DNA of 61,524 bases, from positions 1 through 61,524 of the forward strand of contig CAXMRU010000243.1 of NCBI GenBank assembly GCA_964195715.1, read 5' to 3'. Each line of letters opens with the position of its first letter. The stretch's first letter is position 1. Below are positions 8,479-18,142 of the stretch, one piece after another. This stretch comes from Akkermansiaceae bacterium. Its GTDB lineage: Bacteria; Gemmatimonadota; Gemmatimonadetes; Palauibacterales; Palauibacteraceae. Under the pieces are notes generated by a model. It made no database searches and was not told the origin of the DNA. It saw only the letters and a program-made list of their open reading frames with translations. Both the position numbers and the translations under genes were made by a program.

Positions 8479-9854
8479 GCCCGAGTCCCAGCATCTCCCG
8501 CCCGGATCTTGCGGCCCGCTTCAGGACCTGCCTGCACGCTCATCCGGATCTCATCCCGGAGGGCGCCATGGTGATGGTGGCGTTCTCGGGCGGTCCCGAC
8601 TCGATGGCACTGCTGCACCTGCTCCGCGATCTGGCGTCCGAGGCGGATCTGCGGCTGGAGGCGGCCCACTTCGATCACGGGAGCCGATCTGACTCGCGAG
8701 AGGAGTCCCGGCGGGTCGTAGACATGGCCGCTGGCCTCGGCATTCGTTGCCACGTGGGCGGACCGCCGAGCCGGCCGGGGACAACACAGGCGAGCTTCCG
8801 GATCACCCGCTACCGGTGGCTCGAGGAAGTGCGGAGGGACCTGGGTGCGGCCAGGATCGCCGTCGGGCATCACGCGGACGACCAGGCCGAGACCGTGCTG
8901 TTCCGGCTCATGCGGGGAACGGACGTGAGGGGCCTGGCGGGGATCCCGATCCGGCGCGGGCCGATCGTCCGCCCACTGCTCCCGTTGCGTCGGTACGAGA
9001 TCGTACAGTATCTGAAGTGCGTCGGAGCGTCCTGGATCTCCGACCCATCGAACATGGACCGGCGGTGGACGAGGGCCAGGATTCGTGCCGACATCATGCC
9101 GGAGCTGGAGCGGCGACTGCCCGACGTGGTTCCACGCCTCGTGTCACTCGGGAAGGCAGCGGCCTCAACTGACAGACTCTACGACCGGGCCGCCATGGCC
9201 CTCCTGCACGCTGCGGTGCTCGAAGCAACTCGGGCCGACGCTGTCGAGCTTCGACGGGAGGTTCTGATTCGGGCGGATCCGGAACTTCTCGCCCGGGCGC
9301 TGCGTCGAATCGCGCGCGCCAGGGGCGTCATTCCTACACATGGAGGAACCCGCGCTGCCGTGGAGTTTATCAGCGAGGGCCGCAGCGGTGGGCGCGTGAT
9401 GCTCGGGGGAGGCGTGGAAGTAGCACGGGAGTACGACCGCGTCATCGTCTCCGGGAAGCCCGAACCCGCCGACGCGAAACCGCTTCTGGTGCACCCTGGA
9501 CCGGGGGGCGGCTCTCTTCGGTTGGGCAGTCGGGCTTTCGACGTGCGCTGGAGGGCGGTTTCCGCCGCGGCCAGACAGATGGACCGGATTGCCGTGGCCG
9601 TGCCGCTTGGTCATTATCCGTTGATGTTCCGGGAGTGGCGACACGGAGATCGAATTCGCCTGCCGGCGGGCACGCGAAAGGTCAGCCGGTTGTTCGGCGA
9701 TCGGAAGGTTCCCGTCCGGGAGCGCTCCCATGTTCCGGTCCTGGCCGATATGATGGGAAACGTCCTGTGGGTGCAGGGGCTGGCCACGGCCGTGACGGAC
9801 GAGCGCGTCGATTACGAAGAATCTCTGCTGGAGTTCGAACTGAGACATGAGTGA
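8475..9854 (+). CDS. tilS: tRNA(Ile)-lysidine synthetase
   Basis: SGGPDS PP-loop, HFDHG, GHHADDQAET, RPLL, DPSN. Probable CTG start at 8475 after GGAGGA; the first in-frame ATG is at 8568. Confidence 0.93.
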   Translation: MSPSPSISRPDLAARFRTCLHAHPDLIPEGAMVMVAFSGGPDSMALLHLLRDLASEADLRLEAAHFDHGSRSDSREESRRVVDMAAGLGIRCHVGGPPSRPGTTQASFRITRYRWLEEVRRDLGAARIAVGHHADDQAETVLFRLMRGTDVRGLAGIPIRRGPIVRPLLPLRRYEIVQYLKCVGASWISDPSNMDRRWTRARIRADIMPELERRLPDVVPRLVSLGKAAASTDRLYDRAAMALLHAAVLEATRADAVELRREVLIRADPELLARALRRIARARGVIPTHGGTRAAVEFISEGRSGGRVMLGGGVEVAREYDRVIVSGKPEPADAKPLLVHPGPGGGSLRLGSRAFDVRWRAVSAAARQMDRIAVAVPLGHYPLMFREWRHGDRIRLPAGTRKVSRLFGDRKVPVRERSHVPVLADMMGNVLWVQGLATAVTDERVDYEESLLEFELRHE

Positions 9855-10431
9855 TTACGCTCAGGCCGGTGCGCCGTATTTGACAGAAGAAGGCCTGATG
9901 GCACGAACGGGCGGCCGTGAGCTCAAGCGGGTCGTGTTCAGCGCACAGGACATCGAGCGTCGCGTCCGCGAAATGGCTGGCGAGATCACCCGGCACTACT
10001 CGCCCGATGACGACGTGCTGATCCTGGGTCTGCTCAAGGGATCGTTCATCTTCCTCAGCGATCTGGTCCGCCACATCGACCGGCCGCTGCACGTCGACTT
10101 CATAGTAGCATCCAGCTACGGAGCGGGGACGACGTCCTCGGGAGACGTGAAGCTCCTGTACGATCCGACCGCGCCGATCGAGGGGCGCCACATCGTCCTC
10201 GTCGAGGACATCGTGGACAGTGGGAACACGATAAACCGCCTTACAAGTGCGCTGGAGAGCCGGTCGCCGGCGTCGATCGAGCTCTGTGCGCTGCTTCACA
10301 AGCACATTGCGCAAGACCTCGTCCTGCAACCGCGTTGGCTCGGATTCGATGCGCCGACGGAGTTCCTGGTCGGTTACGGGCTTGATCATGCTGAAGACTT
10401 CCGTCATCTCCCGTTTGTGGCCAGCATTTAG
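9847..10431 (+). CDS. hpt: Hypoxanthine phosphoribosyltransferase
   Basis: LLKGSFIF, SSYG, VEDIVDSGNT (PRPP loop), FLVGYGLD. Confidence 0.96.
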   Translation: MSDYAQAGAPYLTEEGLMARTGGRELKRVVFSAQDIERRVREMAGEITRHYSPDDDVLILGLLKGSFIFLSDLVRHIDRPLHVDFIVASSYGAGTTSSGDVKLLYDPTAPIEGRHIVLVEDIVDSGNTINRLTSALESRSPASIELCALLHKHIAQDLVLQPRWLGFDAPTEFLVGYGLDHAEDFRHLPFVASI

Positions 10432-10465
10432 TACGTGGGGAAGGGAACCGTAGAGGAATGAAGAC

Positions 10466-12454
10466 GTGGCGATAACGAAACCTGACGACGGCAGCAAGGA
10501 ACAGAAGACCGGGCGCTTCCTGCGCACGGCGTCCTTCTGGGCGCTCGTCATATTGATCCCACTGGCCATTTTCCAGGTCATGGATACCAGCCGCCAGGTG
10601 CAGCGCGAGCTCACGTACACCGAGTTTCGCGAGCAGCTGGAGGCCGAGAACATCAACTCCGTGACCTTTTCGGAGCTCCGCAAGGTAGAGGGCGAGCTCG
10701 TGACGCCCCTGCAGGTGGACGGCCAGCCCATCTACCAGTTCCACACGCTGCTTCCGACCGAGGCCAGCCAGGAGCTCCTGGACGTCCTGGAGGCGGCTGG
10801 GGTCGAGGTGAAGGCAGAGGAAGCAGGCACCAACTGGGTAGGCTACCTGATTTCAGTCCTGCCGTGGATTCTGATCATCGGATTGTGGTTCTTCTTCTTC
10901 CGGCAGATGCAGGCCGGTGGATCCAAGGCGTTCAGCTTCGGAAAATCGCGCGCGAAGCTCATCACAGGGGACACGCCTCAGGTGACGTTTGCCGACGTGG
11001 CTGGAGCGGATGAGGCGAAGGAAGAGCTCCAGGAGATCATCGAATTCCTGAAGGACCCGGCCAGGTTCCAGCGCCTCGGCGGCCGGCTGCCGAAGGGCGC
11101 ACTCCTCGTGGGCGCGCCCGGAACCGGTAAGACACTGCTCGCCCGCGCTGTGGCTGGTGAAGCGGATCGTCCGTTCTTCTCGATGAGCGGATCAGATTTT
11201 GTTGAGATGTTCGTCGGCGTCGGAGCCAGCAGGGTCCGGGACCTGTTCGAGCAAGGTAAGTCACACGCTCCGTGCATCATCTTCATCGACGAGATCGATG
11301 CGGTGGGCAGGCACAGGGGCGCCGGCCTGGGAGGCGGGCACGACGAGCGGGAGCAGACGTTGAATCAGCTCCTGGTGGAGATGGACGGCTTCGAGTCCAA
11401 CGAAGGGGTTATCCTTCTGGCCGCGACCAACAGGCCCGACGTGCTGGACCCGGCATTGCTGAGACCCGGGCGTTTCGATCGCCAGATCGTCGTCGACATC
11501 CCCGACGTCATTGGCCGCGAAGGCATTCTGAGGGTGCACACGAAAGAGATTCCGCTTTCGGACGACGTCAACCTGAAGGTGCTCGCCAAGGGGACACCGG
11601 GTCTCTCCGGCGCGGACCTGGCGAATATCGTCAACGAGGCCGCGCTCCTCGCTGCCCGGACCAACAAGGACCGGGTGGAGATGGCGGACTTCGAGACCGC
11701 CAAGGATAAGGTCATGCTCGGGGCCGAGCGCCGGAGCATGGTGATCTCGGACGAGGAGCGGCGGGTGACGGCCTACCACGAGGCTGGACATGCCGTGATC
11801 GCCCGGCGGGTTCCCGGGCTCGACCCTCTGCACAAGGTCACGATAGTGCCGCGGGGGCAAGCCCTCGGCCTCACCGCGTCGCTTCCAGAGGAAGACCGGC
11901 ACAATTACACGAAGGGGTGGCTGGAGGGGCAGCTCGTCATGCTGTTCGGCGGTCGGGTGGCCGAGTTGCTCGTATTCGGGCCGGCGCAGATTACGACCGG
12001 CGCCGGGAACGACATCGAGAGGGCCACGAGCATCGCTCGCCGGATGGTGACCCAGTTCGGAATGTCCGAGGCGCTGGGACCGGTCGCGGTCGGCGAGCAG
12101 GAACACGAGATCTTTCTCGGTCGCGAGTTCAGCCAGCGCCGCGAGATCTCCCAGAAGACCGCAGAGCTCGTGGACGCTGAGATCAGGCGCATTGTCAGGG
12201 AATCCTACTCCAGGGCGGAGGAGGTCATCACGGCGAATCGCGACCTGTTGAACAGGTTCGCAGAAGCTCTTCTGGAGCGGGAGACGCTGGACGCGGAAGA
12301 CGTCCGCATCCTGGAGGAAGGTGGTAAGCTGCCACCCCTCAACGACCTGGAGCCGGCGCAGCTCGCGACGCCGCCCGTGGCCCCCGAGGCCGGGCGCTCG
12401 GACGAGTCGCCGCTCGAGGATGTCGGGGGCGAGCCTTCGCCCGCACTCGCCTGA
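10466..12454 (+). CDS. ftsH: ATP-dependent zinc metalloprotease FtsH
   Basis: Two TM helices, [28 protein letters not shown]. Confidence 0.98.
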   Translation: MAITKPDDGSKEQKTGRFLRTASFWALVILIPLAIFQVMDTSRQVQRELTYTEFREQLEAENINSVTFSELRKVEGELVTPLQVDGQPIYQFHTLLPTEASQELLDVLEAAGVEVKAEEAGTNWVGYLISVLPWILIIGLWFFFFRQMQAGGSKAFSFGKSRAKLITGDTPQVTFADVAGADEAKEELQEIIEFLKDPARFQRLGGRLPKGALLVGAPGTGKTLLARAVAGEADRPFFSMSGSDFVEMFVGVGASRVRDLFEQGKSHAPCIIFIDEIDAVGRHRGAGLGGGHDEREQTLNQLLVEMDGFESNEGVILLAATNRPDVLDPALLRPGRFDRQIVVDIPDVIGREGILRVHTKEIPLSDDVNLKVLAKGTPGLSGADLANIVNEAALLAARTNKDRVEMADFETAKDKVMLGAERRSMVISDEERRVTAYHEAGHAVIARRVPGLDPLHKVTIVPRGQALGLTASLPEEDRHNYTKGWLEGQLVMLFGGRVAELLVFGPAQITTGAGNDIERATSIARRMVTQFGMSEALGPVAVGEQEHEIFLGREFSQRREISQKTAELVDAEIRRIVRESYSRAEEVITANRDLLNRFAEALLERETLDAEDVRILEEGGKLPPLNDLEPAQLATPPVAPEAGRSDESPLEDVGGEPSPALA

Positions 12455-12462
12455 GCTTCGCG

Positions 12463-13332
12463 ATGCCGGTCGAGAGAGCGCCAGTCGGTACCGATCCGAG
12501 TTGTTGGTTGGTGCAGGGTGGCGAGTTCCAGACCCAGCGTCCGCTGATCCTGGGCGTGCTTAACCTGACCCCTGATTCATTCTCCGACGGAGGGAACCAC
12601 ACGGATCCCGCGGTGGCCCTCGCCCGGGCGGAGCGAATGATCGAGGAGGGAGCCGACCTGATTGACGTCGGGGGCGAGTCTACGCGGCCGGGAGCCGCAT
12701 CGGTCGACGCCGATGAAGAATGGCGTCGCATTGGTGTGGTCGTCGAGGAGTTGGCGCGTCGGGGGGTTCCGGTGTCGATCGACACGACCAAGTCGAGCGT
12801 GGCGCGACGTGCGGTGGACGCCGGCGCGGCAGTGTTGAACGATGTGTCGGGGCTACGATTCGATCCGGCGCTGGCCGGCGTCGCGGCGGAGAGCGGAGCG
12901 GGCCTCATACTCATGCATTTGCGCGGCACGCCGCGCACGATGCAGCGGAATGTCGCATACGAGGATCTCCTCGGCGAAGTGATGGCTATTCTCGGGCGAT
13001 CAATCGAGACCGCGGAATATGCGGGATGTCACCGTGCGCAGCTCGTGATCGACCCGGGCATCGGCTTCGGCAAGTCGACCGAAGGCAATTTGCAGCTTCT
13101 CGCCGGGGTCGGCCGGCTACTGGAACTGGGCCGGCCGGTGATGGTGGGACCATCTCGTAAGTCATTCATTGGCAAGATATTGGACGTTCCGATCGACGAG
13201 CGCTTGGAAGGCACGATCGGAGCGTGTGTGGCGGCGTTGGAACGAGGCGCGCGAGTGTTCCGCGTGCACGACGTGATCGAGGTTCGCCGGGCGCTCGATC
13301 TCGCATGGGCTGTCCGGACAGTCGGGGTCTGA
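12463..13332 (+). CDS. folP: Dihydropteroate synthase
   Basis: GVLNLTPDSFSDGG, GGESTRPG, DPGIGFGK, SRKSF, RVHDV. Confidence 0.97.
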   Translation: MPVERAPVGTDPSCWLVQGGEFQTQRPLILGVLNLTPDSFSDGGNHTDPAVALARAERMIEEGADLIDVGGESTRPGAASVDADEEWRRIGVVVEELARRGVPVSIDTTKSSVARRAVDAGAAVLNDVSGLRFDPALAGVAAESGAGLILMHLRGTPRTMQRNVAYEDLLGEVMAILGRSIETAEYAGCHRAQLVIDPGIGFGKSTEGNLQLLAGVGRLLELGRPVMVGPSRKSFIGKILDVPIDERLEGTIGACVAALERGARVFRVHDVIEVRRALDLAWAVRTVGV

Positions 13333-13342
13333 GCAGGTCTTC

Positions 13343-14209
13343 ATGGGAGCGATTCTCGATTACCTGGGCTTCCTGCTCGATCAGTTCGCGTGGAAAGACC
13401 TCGTGGAGATCCTGGTCGTGGCCTGGCTCGTATACCGGATTCTCCTCATGTACACGGGGACACGGGCCTTTCACGTTCTCCTCGGCTTCGTCTTCCTCGT
13501 CTCCGTGTACGTTCTCGCCCAGGCCGCCGGGCTGCGCCTGATCCCGTATATCCTCTCGCAGGTATTCACGTACGGCGCATTCGCGTTGATCGTGATCTTT
13601 CAGCAGGAGATCCGGACCGCGCTCGCCCGTCTCGGTCGCTCACGGTTGTTCCAGTTGTTCGCGCGGCGGGAGCAGCGGGAGGTGGTAGAGGAGATCGTCC
13701 GGGCCACGGATCGGCTGGCCAAGGCCAAGATCGGCGGGATCATTGCGATCGAGAGGCAGGTCGATCTGGCTAATCACGTGGATCACGGGACTCCCATCAA
13801 CGCCCAGGTAACGGCCGAGCTTCTCACGACGATTTTCACTCCATATTCTCCTCTGCATGATGGCGCCGTCATTGTGAGGCGGGACCAGGTCGCCTATGCC
13901 GGTTCCGTCATCCTCCGCCTGTCCGAGTCGCCGACGCTCGACCGCACGCTGGGCACACGCCACCGGGCGGCGCTCGGACTGTCCGAGGAAACGGACGCCC
14001 TCGTCGTCGTTATCTCCGAGGAAACCGGACAGATCTCGCTGGCGCACCGCGGGTTACTGCACCGCGGCCTCCGGCCGGACGAGCTGGAGGCACGTCTGGC
14101 GGCCGGTGGTGAGGAGGAGCCGCTGGCGCCGGTGTCGGGCCAACTGTCGGGCGCGAACCCGACAGACCGATCGGGTGTAGTAGCGGCTGGAAGCGATACA
14201 CGCGGCTGA
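13343..14209 (+). CDS. dacA: Diadenylate cyclase CdaA/DacA
   Basis: Three N-terminal TM helices, HDGA and GTRHRAA catalytic motifs, SEETG. Confidence 0.95.
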   Translation: MGAILDYLGFLLDQFAWKDLVEILVVAWLVYRILLMYTGTRAFHVLLGFVFLVSVYVLAQAAGLRLIPYILSQVFTYGAFALIVIFQQEIRTALARLGRSRLFQLFARREQREVVEEIVRATDRLAKAKIGGIIAIERQVDLANHVDHGTPINAQVTAELLTTIFTPYSPLHDGAVIVRRDQVAYAGSVILRLSESPTLDRTLGTRHRAALGLSEETDALVVVISEETGQISLAHRGLLHRGLRPDELEARLAAGGEEEPLAPVSGQLSGANPTDRSGVVAAGSDTRG

Positions 14210-14215
14210 ATCGCG

Positions 14216-14244
14216 TTGACGACGCCTTCGCGCCCCGGTAAACT
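14216..14244 (+). promoter_or_regulatory. sigma70-type promoter of exbB-exbD-exbD-tonB
   Basis: TTGACG-N17-TAAACT. Confidence 0.7.
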
Positions 14245-14300
14245 ATGTCCTCTTGGAGCGGATTCATCCGCTGTGTCAACGGACAACCGGAGATGGTCGG

Positions 14301-14972
14301 GTGCAAGACACCAGCTATGAACTGCTGACGATCTTCCGCGACGGGGGTTTCATGATGGTGCCCCTGGTCCTGTGCTCCCTGGTGGCGTTGGGTGTGATCC
14401 TCGCCAAGGGGTGGACTCTGCTCGTGGCGCACATCGATTCGCAGAAGCTCCTGAAGCAGATCGAGGAGCTCGGCACCACGGGTCGACTCGACGAGGCCAT
14501 GCAGACGGCGCGTGAGACGCGGGGACCGGTGGCCGCGATCCTGGTATCGGGCCTGACGCGCGTGAAGGACGAGCAGAGAGGCAAGGACATCGAGAAAGCG
14601 ATCTCCACGACGGGCACGATCGAGCTCGATTTTCTGGAGCGGGGCATGAACGTCCTGGCGACGATTGCCAACGTCGCGCCAATGCTCGGCTTTCTGGGCA
14701 CGGTCATCGGGATGATCGCGGCGTTTGCGGCCATCGAGGAGGCGGGCCAGGTAGAGCCGTCTCTGGTCGCGTCGGGCATCAAGGTGGCGCTGATCACGAC
14801 GGCCGCTGGTCTGTCGATCGCCATTCCGGTCAACATCTTCTACAACTGGTTCGTCAGCCGTATCGATACCCTGATCATGGACATGGAGAAGGGGGCCCAG
14901 GCCGTTCTGGATCTGATCTGGAACGCCGAGGCGCGGAATAGGGCGAGCGTCGGCTCGACCGACCAGGACTGA
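14301..14972 (+). CDS. exbB: MotA/TolQ/ExbB proton channel
   Basis: APMLGFLGTVIGMI, GIKVALITTAAGL. GTG start at 14301 inferred from the promoter and SD positions. Confidence 0.92.
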   Translation: MQDTSYELLTIFRDGGFMMVPLVLCSLVALGVILAKGWTLLVAHIDSQKLLKQIEELGTTGRLDEAMQTARETRGPVAAILVSGLTRVKDEQRGKDIEKAISTTGTIELDFLERGMNVLATIANVAPMLGFLGTVIGMIAAFAAIEEAGQVEPSLVASGIKVALITTAAGLSIAIPVNIFYNWFVSRIDTLIMDMEKGAQAVLDLIWNAEARNRASVGSTDQD

Positions 14973-15006
14973 TTGTGCGCATGCCGCAAAGCGAGGTGGA
15001 TGGAAC

Positions 15007-15429
15007 ATGCCGATTCTGAATCGCAAGCAGCGGGTGTCTGACGAGATCCCGACGGCCTCGATGGCGGACATCGCCTTCCTCCTGCTGGTCTTCTTCCTCA
15101 CCACCACGGTGTTCAACGAGGAAAAAGGCCTGCCGATCGTGCTTCCCGAGCAGTCGGAGGAGCAGGAGGTCTCGGCGAAGAACCTCATCTTCTTCATCGT
15201 GCAGCCTGACGGCACGGTCGTCGTGAAGCGGGGTGAAAGCGAGCAGGAACAGGTGGTTCAGTATCGCCAGGTCGAGATCATCCTGCGCCAGGAGCTGGCG
15301 CAGAACAGTAACCTGATCGCTGCCTTGAAGACGCATCCGAACGCGGCGTACCGGCACATGGTCAACGTGCTGGACGAGGTCAAGAAGGCGGGAGCCGAAC
15401 GCATCTCGCTCCAGGTTCTGGAGGAATAG
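15007..15429 (+). CDS. exbD: ExbD/TolR family protein (copy 1)
   Basis: SMADIAFLLLVFF TM helix with the essential Asp. Confidence 0.9.
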   Translation: MPILNRKQRVSDEIPTASMADIAFLLLVFFLTTTVFNEEKGLPIVLPEQSEEQEVSAKNLIFFIVQPDGTVVVKRGESEQEQVVQYRQVEIILRQELAQNSNLIAALKTHPNAAYRHMVNVLDEVKKAGAERISLQVLEE

Positions 15430-15432
15430 GGC

Positions 15433-15879
15433 ATGGCGGCGAAGAAAAAGGGGTTCAAGCGGAAGTCAGGCGCGAGCAGCGAAATCCCGTCGTCGTCGAT
15501 GGCGGACATCGCGTTCCTGCTGTTGATCTTCTTCATGGTCTCGACGGTGTTCCGCAAGGAGAAGAAGCGGCAAATCGAGTGGGTGACCGCGGAGTCGACG
15601 GAGAAGATCGACGAGAAGCGGAAGAACATCCTCCACATCTGGGTCGAGCAAGACGGGACGGTCTACATCAACGACCAGATCGTGCCCTACGACAACATCT
15701 CAGACATTATTCGGCCCATTTACGCGGAGAACCGTGAGCTGGTGGTCGCGATCCGGGGAGACCGGGACGTGCCCTACAATCAGATCAACACGATCACGGA
15801 ACAACTCCAGGCGGCGGGCGCCGTCCGAGTAACGTTCGCGACGCGGGTGGAGCAGCGGGTCCAGAGGGCCAGGAGGTAG
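15433..15879 (+). CDS. exbD: ExbD/TolR family protein (copy 2)
   Basis: SMADIAFLLLIFFMV, IRGDRDVPY. Confidence 0.9.
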   Translation: MAAKKKGFKRKSGASSEIPSSSMADIAFLLLIFFMVSTVFRKEKKRQIEWVTAESTEKIDEKRKNILHIWVEQDGTVYINDQIVPYDNISDIIRPIYAENRELVVAIRGDRDVPYNQINTITEQLQAAGAVRVTFATRVEQRVQRARR

Positions 15880-15884
15880 TCGGA

Positions 15885-16610
15885 ATGAGCCCACACGACG
15901 AACAACTCATCACGCCCAGGGACGAGGCCCGTAAGGCCCGGGCAGCAAAGCGAGCGAGCGCCGCCGCATTCCTCCCGGCCAACGACCGCTTCAAACAGAG
16001 CTACTCCGCCGTGATGTACCTGGGCGTGATCGTGGCCACAGCCCTTCATTTCGCTGTATTCGAATGGTTCCCGCAGCTCGAGGCAGCCGACCTCGGGGTG
16101 GTTTCGGATGAGCTGTCGGCGATCGAGCTTCCGCCCGAGGTGAGGATTCCACCACCGCCAGAGCAGATTGCCCGCCCGGCTACGCCCAGGGTCGCCGCAG
16201 CCGACGTGAGCGAGGACATTACGATCGCTCCGACCACGTTCGAGGACAACCCGGTCGAAAACCTTCCGCCGCCGCCTGCGGGCGCCGACCCGGAGGCCAC
16301 GCCGTCGTACATCGCGCGCGACGTGGAGCCACGCCTCACGAACGGACGTGACATCAGACGGCTCCTCGAGCGCCTGTATCCGCCGATGCTCAAGGAAGCC
16401 GGGATCGGTGGCCGTGTGCTGCTCTGGGTGTTCGTGGACGAGCACGGAAAAGCGGTTCGCTCGCAGATCAACACATCGAGCGGATATCCAGCCCTGGACA
16501 ACACGGCGGCTCAGATCGTGGAGCAAATGGAGTTCTCGCCGGCGATGAATCGTGACAAACCGGTCGGTGTCTGGATCGCCCAGCCGATCGACTTCAGCGT
16601 CACGCGTTAG
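15885..16610 (+). CDS. tonB: Energy transducer TonB
   Basis: TM helix with His (TALH), Pro-rich linker, YP..AGIGG.V, SSGYPALD C-terminal domain. Confidence 0.9.
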   Translation: MSPHDEQLITPRDEARKARAAKRASAAAFLPANDRFKQSYSAVMYLGVIVATALHFAVFEWFPQLEAADLGVVSDELSAIELPPEVRIPPPPEQIARPATPRVAAADVSEDITIAPTTFEDNPVENLPPPPAGADPEATPSYIARDVEPRLTNGRDIRRLLERLYPPMLKEAGIGGRVLLWVFVDEHGKAVRSQINTSSGYPALDNTAAQIVEQMEFSPAMNRDKPVGVWIAQPIDFSVTR

Positions 16611-16665
16611 CAGGTCGCTGAAGAAACCCGGGTGGCCGCGCGTTTTCGCGCACATTGAACCGTGT

Positions 16666-16698
16666 GAGCCGCTCGCCTTCCGGCGGGCGGCTCCTTCT
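16666..16698 (+). terminator. Probable terminator after tonB
   Basis: GAGCCGCTCGCC-TTCC-GGCGGGCGGCTC 12-bp stem with a weak U tail. Confidence 0.6.
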
Positions 16699-16773
16699 AT
16701 CTGAGGCAGGTCTCTGAACGACCCTGGGCGGTTGTTCGCATGGGTCTTGCCGAGGCGGGAGTCCGTTCGTCCG

Positions 16774-16802
16774 TTGCCGCTCCCGGTTGCCCGAGGTACA
16801 CT
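16774..16802 (+). promoter_or_regulatory. Promoter for a probably leaderless yggS transcript
   Basis: TTGCCG-N17-TACACT-N6-GTG, no SD. Confidence 0.55.
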
Positions 16803-16808
16803 CCCGCC

Positions 16809-17516
16809 GTGAACGAACAACTGCTCAGGCACAACGTCGAATCCACCCGCGAGCGAATCGCTCTCGCGGCGGAAAGGTCGGGGCGCTCGATTGACGACGT
16901 GGAAGTCCTGCCGATCACGAAGGGACACGCGCCTGAAGTCGTTTTGGCGGTGGCCCGCCAGGGGTTCACGGCAATCGGGGAGAACCGGGTCGCTGAGGCA
17001 GAGGCCAAGCTGGCCGCGCTGGGACGGCTCGGGCTCCGGTGGCACATGGTCGGACACCTCCAGCGTAACAAGGCGGCTGGGGCCATCGCCACGTTTGACG
17101 TGATCGAGTCGGTCGATTCGATCCGGCTCGGGAAACGACTCCAGCTCGAGGCCGAGCGATCCGCCTCCGAGAGTGTGGCCGTGCTCGTGCAGGTGAATGC
17201 GGGAGGCGAGGGGCAGAAGAGCGGGTTCGCGTCGACCGAGCTGGTCGACGCAGTCGGCGAGCTTAGTGAGCTGAATCGCGTCAATGTGCTGGGACTGATG
17301 ACGATGGCTCCGTTCACGAGCGACGAGCATGTGCTGCGGCACACGTTCGAACTGGCCAGACAGTGCCTGGAGCGCTGTCAGCGTGAGTTGGCGGGTTTCC
17401 ACGGGCGTGTCCTGTCGATGGGAATGAGCAACGACTTCGAGATTGCGGTCGAGGAGGGCAGCACGGAGGTCCGTCTCGGGACCGTACTGTTGGGCGAAAG
17501 ACCGGAGGGACGATGA
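16809..17516 (+). CDS. yggS: YggS/PLPBP pyridoxal-phosphate homeostasis protein
   Basis: ITK (PLP Lys), GENRV, WHMVGHLQRNK, GLMTM, LSMGMSND, VRLGT. Confidence 0.95.
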   Translation: MNEQLLRHNVESTRERIALAAERSGRSIDDVEVLPITKGHAPEVVLAVARQGFTAIGENRVAEAEAKLAALGRLGLRWHMVGHLQRNKAAGAIATFDVIESVDSIRLGKRLQLEAERSASESVAVLVQVNAGGEGQKSGFASTELVDAVGELSELNRVNVLGLMTMAPFTSDEHVLRHTFELARQCLERCQRELAGFHGRVLSMGMSNDFEIAVEEGSTEVRLGTVLLGERPEGR

Positions 17517-18079
17517 TGGATCTGACTCCGCTGGATGTGCGAAAGAAGAAAGAGGACCTGCGGCGAACCGTTCGTGGATATGATCCGGCACAGGTCGACG
17601 CGTTTCTCGACCTCGTAGCGGATCGTCTCGATCACCTGGTCCAGACGGAGGTTCGCCTCACCGAGCAGGCCTCGATGCTGCACGAGAGACTGGCCTCGTT
17701 CGAGGAGCGGGAGAGAGCTCTGAACGAGGCCCTTATCGCGGCGCAGGAGCTCCGTGAGGAAGCGCGCTTCCAAGCCGAGAAGTCGGCGGACATTCGATTG
17801 CAGGAGGCCGATCATGAGGCGAAGCGGCTGGTCAGCGACGCGCGGGGCGCCGTGGACGACTCCGAGCGCCTGCTCGCCGACCTCCATGCCCGCCGGGCCA
17901 GCTACCTGCGCGGCCTGAGATCGCTGCTCGAGCGCTTCATCGAGGAGGTCGCCTACGAGGAAGGTCGACTCGCGCGGGTCCCTGCAGGGGCTGGTGTCGC
18001 ACCCGCTGCGGGGGACGGCGAGGACTCCACTGAGCCCGAGGCGTCGGAATCCGACCACGAGGATACGGGCCCCGCTTGA
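17513..18079 (+). CDS. divIVA: DivIVA-domain protein
   Basis: LTPLDVRKK..RGYDPAQVDAFLD N-terminal motif followed by a coiled coil. Confidence 0.9.
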   Translation: MMDLTPLDVRKKKEDLRRTVRGYDPAQVDAFLDLVADRLDHLVQTEVRLTEQASMLHERLASFEERERALNEALIAAQELREEARFQAEKSADIRLQEADHEAKRLVSDARGAVDDSERLLADLHARRASYLRGLRSLLERFIEEVAYEEGRLARVPAGAGVAPAAGDGEDSTEPEASESDHEDTGPA

Positions 18080-18142
18080 CCGGCCTCGTACGCGCTGTGG
18101 TATTCCGTACGTGACAACCCGAAACGCGGAATTCGAACGCCC

